Positions 45,771 through 53,873 of a stretch of DNA of 64,000 nucleotides are shown piece after piece. The stretch spans positions 32,001-96,000 of IMG/VR virus record IMGVR_UViG_2595698357_000001. The stretch is one strand, 5' to 3'. Source of the stretch: a virus (Duplodnaviria > Caudoviricetes). The translations under genes and the position numbers were made by a program. How positions within the stretch are numbered: position 1 is the first letter of the stretch; each line of letters starts with the position of its first letter. The notes below the pieces were generated by a model. It made no database searches. It saw nothing but the letters and a program-made list of their open reading frames with translations, and was not told the DNA's origin.

Positions 45771-46526
45771 ATGTCCCGTAAAGGTAAACGCCTCACCCCT
45801 GACCTTCTGAAGTCCCGAATCGTGGATGTCCAGTACGAAGACCGCGAAGTGCTCGGGCAACGCATGGTCACGGCCAACTTCAAGATGGACAATGGGTTCA
45901 TCGTCTATGGGAAGAAGCCTAGCACCACCATTGACCCTGCTGGTTTCGACCCTGACATGGCGCGCAAGATATCCTATGAGAACACCCTGGAGCAACTCTG
46001 GGAGCTGGAGGCATATCGCGCGCTGTCTGAGTCTGCGTTGTTGGAATCCGCATGTGGTGTTGAAATCGACGTGTTCAAGTACAAGATTCGGTCGTCTGAG
46101 TTATTTGAGCACTACCAGCACCAGACCAAAGCGATATCTCTGACATTCCAACCCCCGGCTCGCGAAGGTTATATCACGGCAGAACCATTCACTGTCACCA
46201 TGTATCACCCTAACCAGTACCAGTCTTTCGAAGACCTGAACAACGCGGTTATCCAAACCGTGAAGGACTATCTTCTGAAGAACATCCCGGCTGATATTCT
46301 GTATCCGCCTCTCATCTATCGCATTGCCAAGACCGCGTACACGGCTCAATATGTGTACGCGTTGGCCGAACTGGATGGCAGCACACGGCCTTGGGAAGGG
46401 CTGAAAGAAGTGGAGCGCGGGGATATTTGCCGCCGGGTAGTCGAAATCGTGAAGGGGGAAGGTGGTCGATTCCCGCAGAGCCTCTCCAACAAGATATTCG
46501 TGGCGGTTGTGAACTCCTTCAAGTAA
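45771..46526 (+). CDS. Gp49/Sf6-gp66-family (Tad1-like) domain protein with C-terminal extension
   Basis: I..V.Y...NGF.V.G...S..IDP..FD....R.I.Y....QLWELEAY pattern in the first ~85 aa. Confidence 0.75.
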   Translation: MSRKGKRLTPDLLKSRIVDVQYEDREVLGQRMVTANFKMDNGFIVYGKKPSTTIDPAGFDPDMARKISYENTLEQLWELEAYRALSESALLESACGVEIDVFKYKIRSSELFEHYQHQTKAISLTFQPPAREGYITAEPFTVTMYHPNQYQSFEDLNNAVIQTVKDYLLKNIPADILYPPLIYRIAKTAYTAQYVYALAELDGSTRPWEGLKEVERGDICRRVVEIVKGEGGRFPQSLSNKIFVAVVNSFK

Positions 46527-46596
46527 AATATGGGTTTCTATATGGCAACACGGTTATAATGGTCGTGTTGTCAATACTGACAGGAATCAATAACTT

Positions 46597-46803
46597 ATGC
46601 ACATTTTAGAAGAAGTGTTCAATGACATCAAGGCGGCTGCAGCTAATGCCCCGGCTTGTGTCCAAAACCCAGCATCTCAGGCTATGCTCCTGGGCCAAAT
46701 CGCCCATGCTCAAGCTGAGATGAACAACGCATTCGACCAGGCCAAGCGTAAGCTGATGGCTCTGCCGAAAGATCACCCTACCTTCCAATCACAGGACTAT
46801 TAA
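46597..46803 (+). CDS. hypothetical protein
   Basis: AGGA SD. Promoter-like TTCTAT-N13-TATAAT at 46536-46560. Confidence 0.7.
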   Translation: MHILEEVFNDIKAAAANAPACVQNPASQAMLLGQIAHAQAEMNNAFDQAKRKLMALPKDHPTFQSQDY

Positions 46804-46805
46804 CG

Positions 46806-48992
46806 ATGATCAGCTCTCTCGTCTTCAAAGACGCAGTCAAGACCCCAGCGCCAACCAACCACGTGTTTGTTGTGGACATCTCATATTCGATGTGCAATGC
46901 GTTGCCGAAGGTTCGCCAGCATCTGAAGAACAACCTGGCCACTCTGGTCAAGCAGGATGACACTGTTTCTATTCTGTACTTCTCATCCAAAGGCCAATTC
47001 GGCCCAGTGTTTGTCGGTGAGCCGGTTCGCCATGTCAGTGACCTAAGTGTAATCAACAGCGCTATCGACCGCTATCTGGTTCCGACCGGCTGCACCGGCT
47101 TTGTAGAGCCTCTTCAGCTGGCCGTAAGCACTGCTGCCGATCTGCGTGACAACGGCAACAATAACAGCCTGATCTTCATGACCGACGGTTATGACAACGA
47201 ATGGTCTGAAGCGAAGATCCTGGACGCCACAGACAAGCTGAATGCGGTTTATGACAGCGTCACCTTCATCGAATACGGCTGGAACTGTAACCGCCCTCTG
47301 CTGGTGAAAATGTCCGAACTGACCGGTGCGCTGCATGTGTTCGCAGAAGGTTGGGAGCAGTATGCCCCGGCGCTGGAAGAAGCACTCTCTTCCTCTGCAT
47401 CCAAGCGCATCAACATCGACGTTCCTGAGACCGCGTCTCATATCATCTATCTGGACGGCGATCGTGTGCAGGTCAACGTTGCCCACCTGGGTAAAGCGAC
47501 CATCCCTGAGCACGTGAACGAAGTCTGGGCTGTCAACAAAGACGTCGGCGCGTCGCTGGCGAACCAGAAGAACCAGACCCTGCTGTACTCCGTCCTGTTC
47601 TACTCCGTGCACATTATGGAGCCGGACCTGGCGTGGGCTGTTCTGAAGGTTCTGGGCGACGTTCGCTTCATTAAGCTGTACAACAACTGCTTCACCAAGC
47701 AGGACTACAGCACCTTCAAAGACCTGGTGCAGGCCGCTGTGTTCGACCCGAACGAGCGTCTGGCCGAAGGTTATAATCCGGACATGGTTCCAGACGAGAA
47801 CGCAGCGACTGTTGTTGACGTCCTGGAGTTCCTGGCTGAAAACGAAGTGTCCATCGACATGGGTAGCCCTCAGTTCACCTATCAGCGCATCGGTGCTGCG
47901 ACTACGCAGAAATCCGACGACACTGAAGACCAGTTGGCTGAGCAGATCGCCAATGCAGCCACTAAGGAAGAGCGCAAGGCTCTCGCTGCCGAGCTGGCTA
48001 ATGCACAGGAATGGACGCCGGAGTTCGTTCAGTCCCCTGGAGCGGCTCTCGTACCGGTGAACACGCTGGTTTACAACTCCAGCCGTCCTAACATCAGTGT
48101 GCAGACCAGCCGCCAGGGTACTATCCAAGTCCCGGCTGAAGTACGGGCGAAGTTCCCGACGCTGCCGGAAGTGTTGCCGAGCCACATCTATCGCAACTAT
48201 ACCATCGTGCGTGACGGCATCATCAACATGAAGTTGTTGCCTATCGACTGCAGCCCTGAACTGGTAGCTCAGCTGTTCGCCATGGGTGCCAAGGTCTACG
48301 GTAACGCAGGCAAATACGTCCTCGACCTGGCATCTGTGCCGTTGATCAACCGTGGTATGACCCGTGGTATCAAAGCGACCGAGCACTTCGCTGACTCCGT
48401 TCGCCTGGAAGATCTGAAAGCCCGTCAGAAGGTGCTGAAGTTCTACCGCGATGAGCTGGCCGGTCCGAAGTCGAACGCAGTTGGTCTGTCTGGCCTGTAT
48501 GGTCATGAAGCGGCCGAGTACCTGAGCAACCACGGCATCCGTGACTATGGCTTCTCACCGAAAACTCAGTCTGTAGAGAGCACTGACTTCTACTACAGCA
48601 AAGAGCTGAACGTGAAGATCAAAGGTCTGTCGTCCTTGCCGTCGGTTAATGCGGTGCGCACGAAGCTGGAGAAGGGTTCCAAGCTGAACGCAGGCGATGC
48701 CCTGATTGCCAAGCACCTGAAAGAGTACGATGACTTCATCAATAGCCCTATCGTCACCAAGGCGGCGGGTAAAGATAAGATCATCGATGCGTGGCTGCGC
48801 GACGAGGCCAAGGCTGCTATCCAGGAAGTTCGTGTCCTGAACAAGAAGCTGTCCAAGACCCTGTACGCCATTGTTGCCGGTCATGCCTGGTTCGCTGATC
48901 TGGACTTCGAAGACACCACTCTGGACGTGAAGGTTGACGGCGTGACTTACACCGTGACTGCAGTCCTGGAAGACAAAGAAGTCAAAATCTGA
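46806..48992 (+). CDS. von Willebrand factor A (vWA) domain protein
   Basis: MIDAS motif VFVVDISYSM...T...LIFMTDG. 728 aa. Confidence 0.88.
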   Translation: MISSLVFKDAVKTPAPTNHVFVVDISYSMCNALPKVRQHLKNNLATLVKQDDTVSILYFSSKGQFGPVFVGEPVRHVSDLSVINSAIDRYLVPTGCTGFVEPLQLAVSTAADLRDNGNNNSLIFMTDGYDNEWSEAKILDATDKLNAVYDSVTFIEYGWNCNRPLLVKMSELTGALHVFAEGWEQYAPALEEALSSSASKRINIDVPETASHIIYLDGDRVQVNVAHLGKATIPEHVNEVWAVNKDVGASLANQKNQTLLYSVLFYSVHIMEPDLAWAVLKVLGDVRFIKLYNNCFTKQDYSTFKDLVQAAVFDPNERLAEGYNPDMVPDENAATVVDVLEFLAENEVSIDMGSPQFTYQRIGAATTQKSDDTEDQLAEQIANAATKEERKALAAELANAQEWTPEFVQSPGAALVPVNTLVYNSSRPNISVQTSRQGTIQVPAEVRAKFPTLPEVLPSHIYRNYTIVRDGIINMKLLPIDCSPELVAQLFAMGAKVYGNAGKYVLDLASVPLINRGMTRGIKATEHFADSVRLEDLKARQKVLKFYRDELAGPKSNAVGLSGLYGHEAAEYLSNHGIRDYGFSPKTQSVESTDFYYSKELNVKIKGLSSLPSVNAVRTKLEKGSKLNAGDALIAKHLKEYDDFINSPIVTKAAGKDKIIDAWLRDEAKAAIQEVRVLNKKLSKTLYAIVAGHAWFADLDFEDTTLDVKVDGVTYTVTAVLEDKEVKI

Positions 48993-48997
48993 CGCGG

Positions 48998-49019
48998 AAG
49001 CCCCCAACTGGGGGCTTTT
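48998..49019 (+). terminator. intrinsic terminator
   Basis: AAGCCCCCA-AC-TGGGGGCTT-TT. Confidence 0.8.
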
Positions 49020-49043
49020 CAATAACTGGTTGCATGGTATACT
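49018..49043 (+). promoter_or_regulatory. TTCAAT-N14 class promoter
   Basis: TTCAAT-N14-TATACT. Confidence 0.75.
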
Positions 49044-49073
49044 TCAATGAAATCCACAACTGAGGTCAATGCC

Positions 49074-49316
49074 ATGCAACTTTCCAAAGAAACCCAAACC
49101 ATCCTTGACGCCCTGGTCGCTGAGGGTAATCCTGAAGCCACCCAGCTGCAGGCTGATATCACCAAGCGTAAGATCAAGAGCATCAACCAGTGCCGCCATG
49201 CCACCCGCTGGGGTGATTATGTGATGTTGCACCAGTTGGGGCTGTCTGTTGGTCCTCTGTACTTCATCGGTATCGATCCTTTGACTCAGGTCAAGATGGT
49301 AGAATTCATGGGGTGA
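49074..49316 (+). CDS. hypothetical protein
   Basis: GAGGT SD before ATG at 49074. Confidence 0.7.
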   Translation: MQLSKETQTILDALVAEGNPEATQLQADITKRKIKSINQCRHATRWGDYVMLHQLGLSVGPLYFIGIDPLTQVKMVEFMG

Positions 49317-49319
49317 CCT

Positions 49320-49565
49320 ATGTCACAAGAAGCGGTTAACGACATGGCCATGCAATTGGCTGGTCAACTTTTGATGGAGGACGAAGCCCTGTATCAGTAC
49401 CTGGGCGAGGACTTCATCGAGGCAATGGGTGATGGCGTCTACCAGGCTGTGGCTGAGGCCGTCGCAAACATCGGTGCTGCTATCCTGCGCGAGCACACGG
49501 GTAAACATTTCTCCATCATCACCCCTGAGTTGCTGGTGATGGAGATAAGGAAGCACAAGAAATGA
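49320..49565 (+). CDS. hypothetical protein
   Basis: 81 aa acidic ORF in operon. Confidence 0.7.
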   Translation: MSQEAVNDMAMQLAGQLLMEDEALYQYLGEDFIEAMGDGVYQAVAEAVANIGAAILREHTGKHFSIITPELLVMEIRKHKK

Positions 49566-49888
49566 ACGGCCTGGAACTGTATTTCTATATCTGTGGGATC
49601 CTGCTCAACATACTCGGCGGCGCGCTGCTGTCTGTGGTCTTCTGGTCTTGGTTCCTGGTTCCCCTCGTGGAGTCATTCAGCCGTATCCGCTGGGATATCA
49701 AGTGTGTCAAAGCCAGTGGTGGTAAACCCAAATTCAGATTGGTGGTTGCCGCCTGGTGGTCCCACTTCGTTGAAGATCACCTGGGTGGCCGAAATTTTGA
49801 AGCCCTGCATTGCAACAACGGTTCCTGGTATGGTATCGGGAACTACACCGTTCTAACCAAAGAGGAAGTCGAAAATGGCAGTGAATAA
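49562..49888 (+). CDS. hypothetical membrane protein
   Basis: N-terminal TM helix. ATGA overlap with the previous gene. Confidence 0.75.
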   Translation: MNGLELYFYICGILLNILGGALLSVVFWSWFLVPLVESFSRIRWDIKCVKASGGKPKFRLVVAAWWSHFVEDHLGGRNFEALHCNNGSWYGIGNYTVLTKEEVENGSE

Positions 49889-50147
49889 AGAAGACGTACT
49901 GGCTCAGGTAATCCGTTCCATCAAAGAGCTGTCGTACCACCACATCGGTGACAAACTGAATGTCGAGGATCCGAGCAAGCTGACCATCAATGACGACCTG
50001 TGGTTTGATGAGCTGGATCGCATTGAGCTGATCATGGAGCTGGAAGAGCACTATGAAATCGAAATCGACGATGAAAAGGTGGAAGCTGCCGTCACCGTCG
50101 GCGATGTGGTCAACCTGGTTGAAAAACTGGTGAACGAGCTGGGTTAA
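49875..50147 (+). CDS. acyl carrier protein-like protein lacking the phosphopantetheinylated Ser
   Basis: DDLWFD-E-LDRIELIMELEEHYEIEIDDE...TVGDVV aligns with the ACP motif [22 protein letters not shown].DE...TV. Confidence 0.85.
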   Translation: MAVNKEDVLAQVIRSIKELSYHHIGDKLNVEDPSKLTINDDLWFDELDRIELIMELEEHYEIEIDDEKVEAAVTVGDVVNLVEKLVNELG

Positions 50148-50166
50148 AAATATTTATTGAAAAAGT

Positions 50167-50194
50167 TTTACTTCTTCAATAAATGGCGTATAGT
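50167..50194 (+). promoter_or_regulatory. early-type promoter with embedded TTCAATAA box
   Basis: TTTACT-N16-TATAGT with A-rich upstream sequence. Confidence 0.6.
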
Positions 50195-50249
50195 TAAGTT
50201 CATGAGGGGGCGATAACCGCTCCCTAACTTGAAAAGCAGGAACTATACG

Positions 50250-51095
50250 ATGGATATTAAAACTGAACTGGTAACCACCGCATCTTACCCTAACCGCATT
50301 GCTGAAGCCCTGACGACCCTGAGCCAGGCAACTGCAGCAAAGAAAATCTACAACGTAGATTTTGAAGCGACCAAGTCTACCCTGACCCGCGCCTTTGAGA
50401 AGCTGTACCAGGAACGCATTTCCAAAGTGCACCTGTGGGGCGGTCTGTGGGAGAAGCTGAGCGAAGCGGAAGAAGCGGTTTCTGGCGGCATCACCGTGTC
50501 CTCCATCCCTTCTGTACTGAGCGCGCTGAAAAAGGTTAAGGCGTACAAAGGCGAACCAACCCAGTTTATGAAAGACCTGAGCGAAGTGATTGAAGGCCTG
50601 GCTGCAGTAGCCACCGAAATCAACGAGCTGAAGCCGTTCATCGTTAAAGGCCGCAAGCCAAGCGGTAAAGAACCGGCTCCTGAGAACCCAAACAAAATCG
50701 TCAAAACCTGCGCCTGCTGCTTCCGCGCAATCGCTGTGGGCTCTGACGGCAAAATGGTTCACCACGGCTACCGTCGCCCAGGGGACGGCTTCCAGACTGC
50801 AAGCTGCATGGGCATTAGCTACCGCCCACTGGAAGTGTCAAGCGACGGCCTGGTCGCTCTGATCAAGTACATGGAAAAAGAGCAGGTTGAAGTGCAAGGC
50901 CGTCTGGACGAACTGGAAGCCAACGGCGCCAACATGGTAATGCAAAGCCACTGGGGAAAACCAGTTCCGCCGGGCGATGTGTCCCACAAAAGCCGACTGA
51001 GCTGCCTGAAACAGCAGCTGGCCGCACGTATTGATTCAATCGTCCGCAACCTGGTCAGCCTGAACACCAAACTGACCAACTGGAAACCAGAATAA
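50250..51095 (+). CDS. early hypothetical protein with CxxC...HHGY..PG...SC metal-binding motif
   Basis: AGGA SD. Host-like codon bias. Own promoter and terminator. Confidence 0.8.
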   Translation: MDIKTELVTTASYPNRIAEALTTLSQATAAKKIYNVDFEATKSTLTRAFEKLYQERISKVHLWGGLWEKLSEAEEAVSGGITVSSIPSVLSALKKVKAYKGEPTQFMKDLSEVIEGLAAVATEINELKPFIVKGRKPSGKEPAPENPNKIVKTCACCFRAIAVGSDGKMVHHGYRRPGDGFQTASCMGISYRPLEVSSDGLVALIKYMEKEQVEVQGRLDELEANGANMVMQSHWGKPVPPGDVSHKSRLSCLKQQLAARIDSIVRNLVSLNTKLTNWKPE

Positions 51096-51100
51096 CCAAG

Positions 51101-51122
51101 GGGAGGCTTCGGCCTCCTTTTT
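51101..51122 (+). terminator. intrinsic terminator
   Basis: GGAGGC-TTCG-GCCTCC-TTTTT. Confidence 0.85.
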
Positions 51123-51134
51123 ATTGAATAAACC

Positions 51135-51162
51135 TTTACTTCTTTCAATAATCGCGTATTAT
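51135..51162 (+). promoter_or_regulatory. early-type promoter with embedded TTCAATAA box
   Basis: TTTACT-N16-TATTAT. Confidence 0.6.
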
Positions 51163-51202
51163 TGAACTTGAGCACACCGCTCTTGAAATGAAGGAACTTT
51201 AC

Positions 51203-51433
51203 ATGAACGCAGTTGAACAGAACGTCCTTTTCAGCAAGCACCAAGGCCACATTAAGGCGAAAGACCTGAAGGTGGTGTACCTGAAAACCGGCTCCATCCT
51301 CCAACGTAGGGACGTCGTTATCCGCTGGTCACGCGGGTATTGGCATGTGTACGACGTAGTGGATAAGGTAGTGTCTCCATCCTCCAGGAGCAGGCACCGC
51401 TTGCTGCTGGACGCTCTCAAATCCGTTCACTAA
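51203..51433 (+). CDS. hypothetical basic protein
   Basis: AAGGA SD. Followed by an AAGGCCGG-GCAA-CCGGCCTT hairpin. Confidence 0.7.
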   Translation: MNAVEQNVLFSKHQGHIKAKDLKVVYLKTGSILQRRDVVIRWSRGYWHVYDVVDKVVSPSSRSRHRLLLDALKSVH

Positions 51434-51524
51434 CTTAACAAGGCCGGGCAACCGGCCTTCGTTGTGGTATCCAGAAACTCCGGGAACTAACTAAAGGATA
51501 AACCCATATCCCGAGGTTAGTGCC

Positions 51525-51974
51525 ATGTCACTCGTTAGCTCGTTCTTCGACTGGATGAACATAATCAATGGCCTGAGGATTCCCGTGGGGAACCTCGGGC
51601 TTTCTCGTTCTTCTATGCCACAAATCGACGATGACAAAGTCGATGCCTTCAAGGATTATCTTGATGGCGCGGGCGTGGAGGTCACAACCCCGCAAATCAG
51701 AATCAAAGACCTGCGGCTCACTCAGAACGAAGTCAACAAGATGAAGATCTGGTCGCTGATGAAACGCTATCGTCAGAAAAAGAGCGTCCAGCGGGTTTGG
51801 GTGTCGTCTGACAATTATGTTGTGGATGGCTCTCACCGCTTCATAGCAGCCCTGAACCTGGATGACAAACAGCGGCTCAAGGTCTACCAGGCGAACATGC
51901 CTGCGCTGGAGCTGGTGAAGCTGGCAAACCGGTTCCAGGGTGTCCGTCATCGCACTGTTTCTGACGCGAGATAA
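51525..51974 (+). CDS. ParB/Srx-like domain protein
   Basis: RSSMPQI, L..TQ.E and VSSDNYVVDGSHRF motifs. Confidence 0.8.
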   Translation: MSLVSSFFDWMNIINGLRIPVGNLGLSRSSMPQIDDDKVDAFKDYLDGAGVEVTTPQIRIKDLRLTQNEVNKMKIWSLMKRYRQKKSVQRVWVSSDNYVVDGSHRFIAALNLDDKQRLKVYQANMPALELVKLANRFQGVRHRTVSDAR

Positions 51975-51977
51975 TTA

Positions 51978-52003
51978 TTCAATAACTTCATTCGGGGTAT
52001 GAT
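51978..52003 (+). promoter_or_regulatory. TTCAAT-N14 class promoter
   Basis: TTCAAT-N14-TATGAT. Confidence 0.7.
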
Positions 52004-52035
52004 TCTCAGTATTGAAATCAACTGAGGTCATCCCC

Positions 52036-52416
52036 ATGAAAAAGATTACCATCGCACTGGCCCTGACCATGGGGCTGGTCTCAACAGCAAACGCCGGTCT
52101 TCGTCAAGACCACTCCTACTGTGCTGGGTTTTATAACGCTCAGGCCATCGGGGAGATGGGTTCGTTCTCATCGACGTTCAATCTGTTGTTCAACCAAGAG
52201 TTCTCGCCAGCCCAAAAATTAGCCGTCCGCCTATTTACAGAGCAGTCAAATGCGTATAAAAGGATGGGTGGTATCGATCAAGAGTACTATGATCAAGGCG
52301 GCATGGCAGGCGGGGATATCTTCATGAGCGGCCAGGCGACCTTCCGTGGTAAGAAGGTGGGATATGCCGACTTGGATAATTTCTGTAAGGGCTTATTCAG
52401 GGGTAAACCAAGATGA
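52036..52416 (+). CDS. exported (periplasmic) protein
   Basis: Sec signal MKKITIALALTMGLVSTANA. Two Cys. Confidence 0.8.
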   Translation: MKKITIALALTMGLVSTANAGLRQDHSYCAGFYNAQAIGEMGSFSSTFNLLFNQEFSPAQKLAVRLFTEQSNAYKRMGGIDQEYYDQGGMAGGDIFMSGQATFRGKKVGYADLDNFCKGLFRGKPR

Positions 52417-52718
52417 AACGAATTCTGTTGGCTCTGTTGTTCATAACCGGGGCGGCTCAGGCCGCAGGTCAGGCGGATGATCTCCACACTTGCCTGGCAT
52501 GGTTCTCAACATATGAGCAATTCCATCAGGACGACTATGACACCGGTCTACTGAAAGCGAAGCTGGAGCTGGAGATGAAACTCTCCAAGGTGTACAACAT
52601 AAATCAGATTGAGAATGCGCTGGACACGCCGATGATGGAGTCCGCTGCTGACAAGTCTGAAGAAACAAAGAGCAATCTTCGGTACTGTACCAATATTGCC
52701 AAAGATTTCATTAAATGA
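52413..52718 (+). CDS. exported (periplasmic) protein
   Basis: Sec signal MKRILLALLFITGAAQA. Two Cys. Confidence 0.8.
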   Translation: MKRILLALLFITGAAQAAGQADDLHTCLAWFSTYEQFHQDDYDTGLLKAKLELEMKLSKVYNINQIENALDTPMMESAADKSEETKSNLRYCTNIAKDFIK

Positions 52719-52745
52719 TAACAGGGTATTATACAGGGGTGTTAT

Positions 52746-52862
52746 ATGTCTTACAAGTTTCTGGAGTTCACGATGGGTAGTTGGTCACGAGTATTTCTGA
52801 CCTGTGGTATCTTCTGGTTGGCCACCATTGCGACCATGAGCGCTTTCATTTTCACGAAGTAG
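52746..52862 (+). CDS. 38-aa membrane peptide (absent from ORF track)
   Basis: GGGG SD. MSYKFLEFTMGSWSRVFLTCGIFWLATIATMSAFIFTK*. Confidence 0.55.
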   Translation: MSYKFLEFTMGSWSRVFLTCGIFWLATIATMSAFIFTK

Positions 52863-52870
52863 GAGATGGC

Positions 52871-53065
52871 ATGATCATCAAAGTTGTAGGAACCCGGAAG
52901 GAGCTGTTGTCAGCCGCCGGTTACAATACCATGAACCCGGCAACGACAGTAGAAGATGTTTCGCCAGAGTTGAAGCGCCGGGTGATTGACGCCCTGGATG
53001 ACCGCTATGATCTGCCGGGCTACAACGTCGTAATCGAAGTTGTTGAGGGCGATTCTGATGAGTGA
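52871..53065 (+). CDS. hypothetical protein
   Basis: AGGAG SD before ATG at 52871. Start reassigned from 52781. Confidence 0.7.
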   Translation: MIIKVVGTRKELLSAAGYNTMNPATTVEDVSPELKRRVIDALDDRYDLPGYNVVIEVVEGDSDE

Positions 53066-53333
53066 GAGCGTCTTGAAGGTCATCATGGTGTGCATGTGCC
53101 TTATCATCGGCGCATTCCTCGCGTCCTGTAGTGACAGTGACGGCGCGATCAAGGTGCTGGAGAAGCAGGGTTACACCAACATCAAAACTGATGGTCATGC
53201 CTTCTTCTCTTGCCCGAAGGACTACTCGGTGACCACCAAGTTTGAAGCCACTGCGCCAAACGGCCAGCCGGTCAAAGGGGCAGTATGCCGGGGCTATCTG
53301 TTCCGCAATTCCATTGTGAGCATTGAAGAGTAA
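53058..53333 (+). CDS. putative lipoprotein
   Basis: Hydrophobic signal with lipobox LAS-C. Confidence 0.8.
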   Translation: MSESVLKVIMVCMCLIIGAFLASCSDSDGAIKVLEKQGYTNIKTDGHAFFSCPKDYSVTTKFEATAPNGQPVKGAVCRGYLFRNSIVSIEE

Positions 53334-53337
53334 CGCT

Positions 53338-53363
53338 TTCAATACCCACGCATCCAGTAATAT
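53338..53363 (+). promoter_or_regulatory. TTCAAT-N14 class promoter
   Basis: TTCAAT-N14-TAATAT, followed by an AAGGGGACT..AGTCCCCTT hairpin. Confidence 0.65.
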
Positions 53364-53404
53364 AAGGGGACTTACAACAGTCCCCTTTCTTTTGGAGATT
53401 TATC

Positions 53405-53869
53405 ATGAACAAACTGAAGTTTCGTGTGTGGCATGTCCCTCAGATCCCGATGCCTTCCTTCAACGTGGAAGTGCCCACCTATGAGGAGGCTGTCCGCCTG
53501 AAAGACGCCCTCGGCCTGTATGACTTGTTCCAGCTGGAGCACAATGTCAAACCTGACTATTCCAACATGAATGGCATTCAGGTGTTCGACTACTCCCTGT
53601 CCAAGCAGGACATGATCGACATGGAGCTGGAAGACGCATGGGTCGACTTTGACGATGAGTATGACCTGGCTGACATGATCCAGCACATGGTCGATACCGG
53701 CTTCATCTCCCCCGAGTATGCCACTGAGCATGTTTCGCCAGGTATGATCGACGCGGGTAAGGAAGTGCTGCTGAACGTTCCAGGCGGGGAGATAGAGGAG
53801 CAGTCCGACCAGGCTGTTGCCGACATCTTCCGTGCGATGGTCAAAGTACAACAGGAAGAGCGGGAGTAA
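53405..53869 (+). CDS. P22 gp17-like (superinfection exclusion-related) protein
   Basis: RVWHVPQIPM..F.VEV...EEA....DAL..YD.FQ...NVKPDYSN.NG motif. Confidence 0.75.
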   Translation: MNKLKFRVWHVPQIPMPSFNVEVPTYEEAVRLKDALGLYDLFQLEHNVKPDYSNMNGIQVFDYSLSKQDMIDMELEDAWVDFDDEYDLADMIQHMVDTGFISPEYATEHVSPGMIDAGKEVLLNVPGGEIEEQSDQAVADIFRAMVKVQQEERE

Positions 53870-53873
53870 CATC

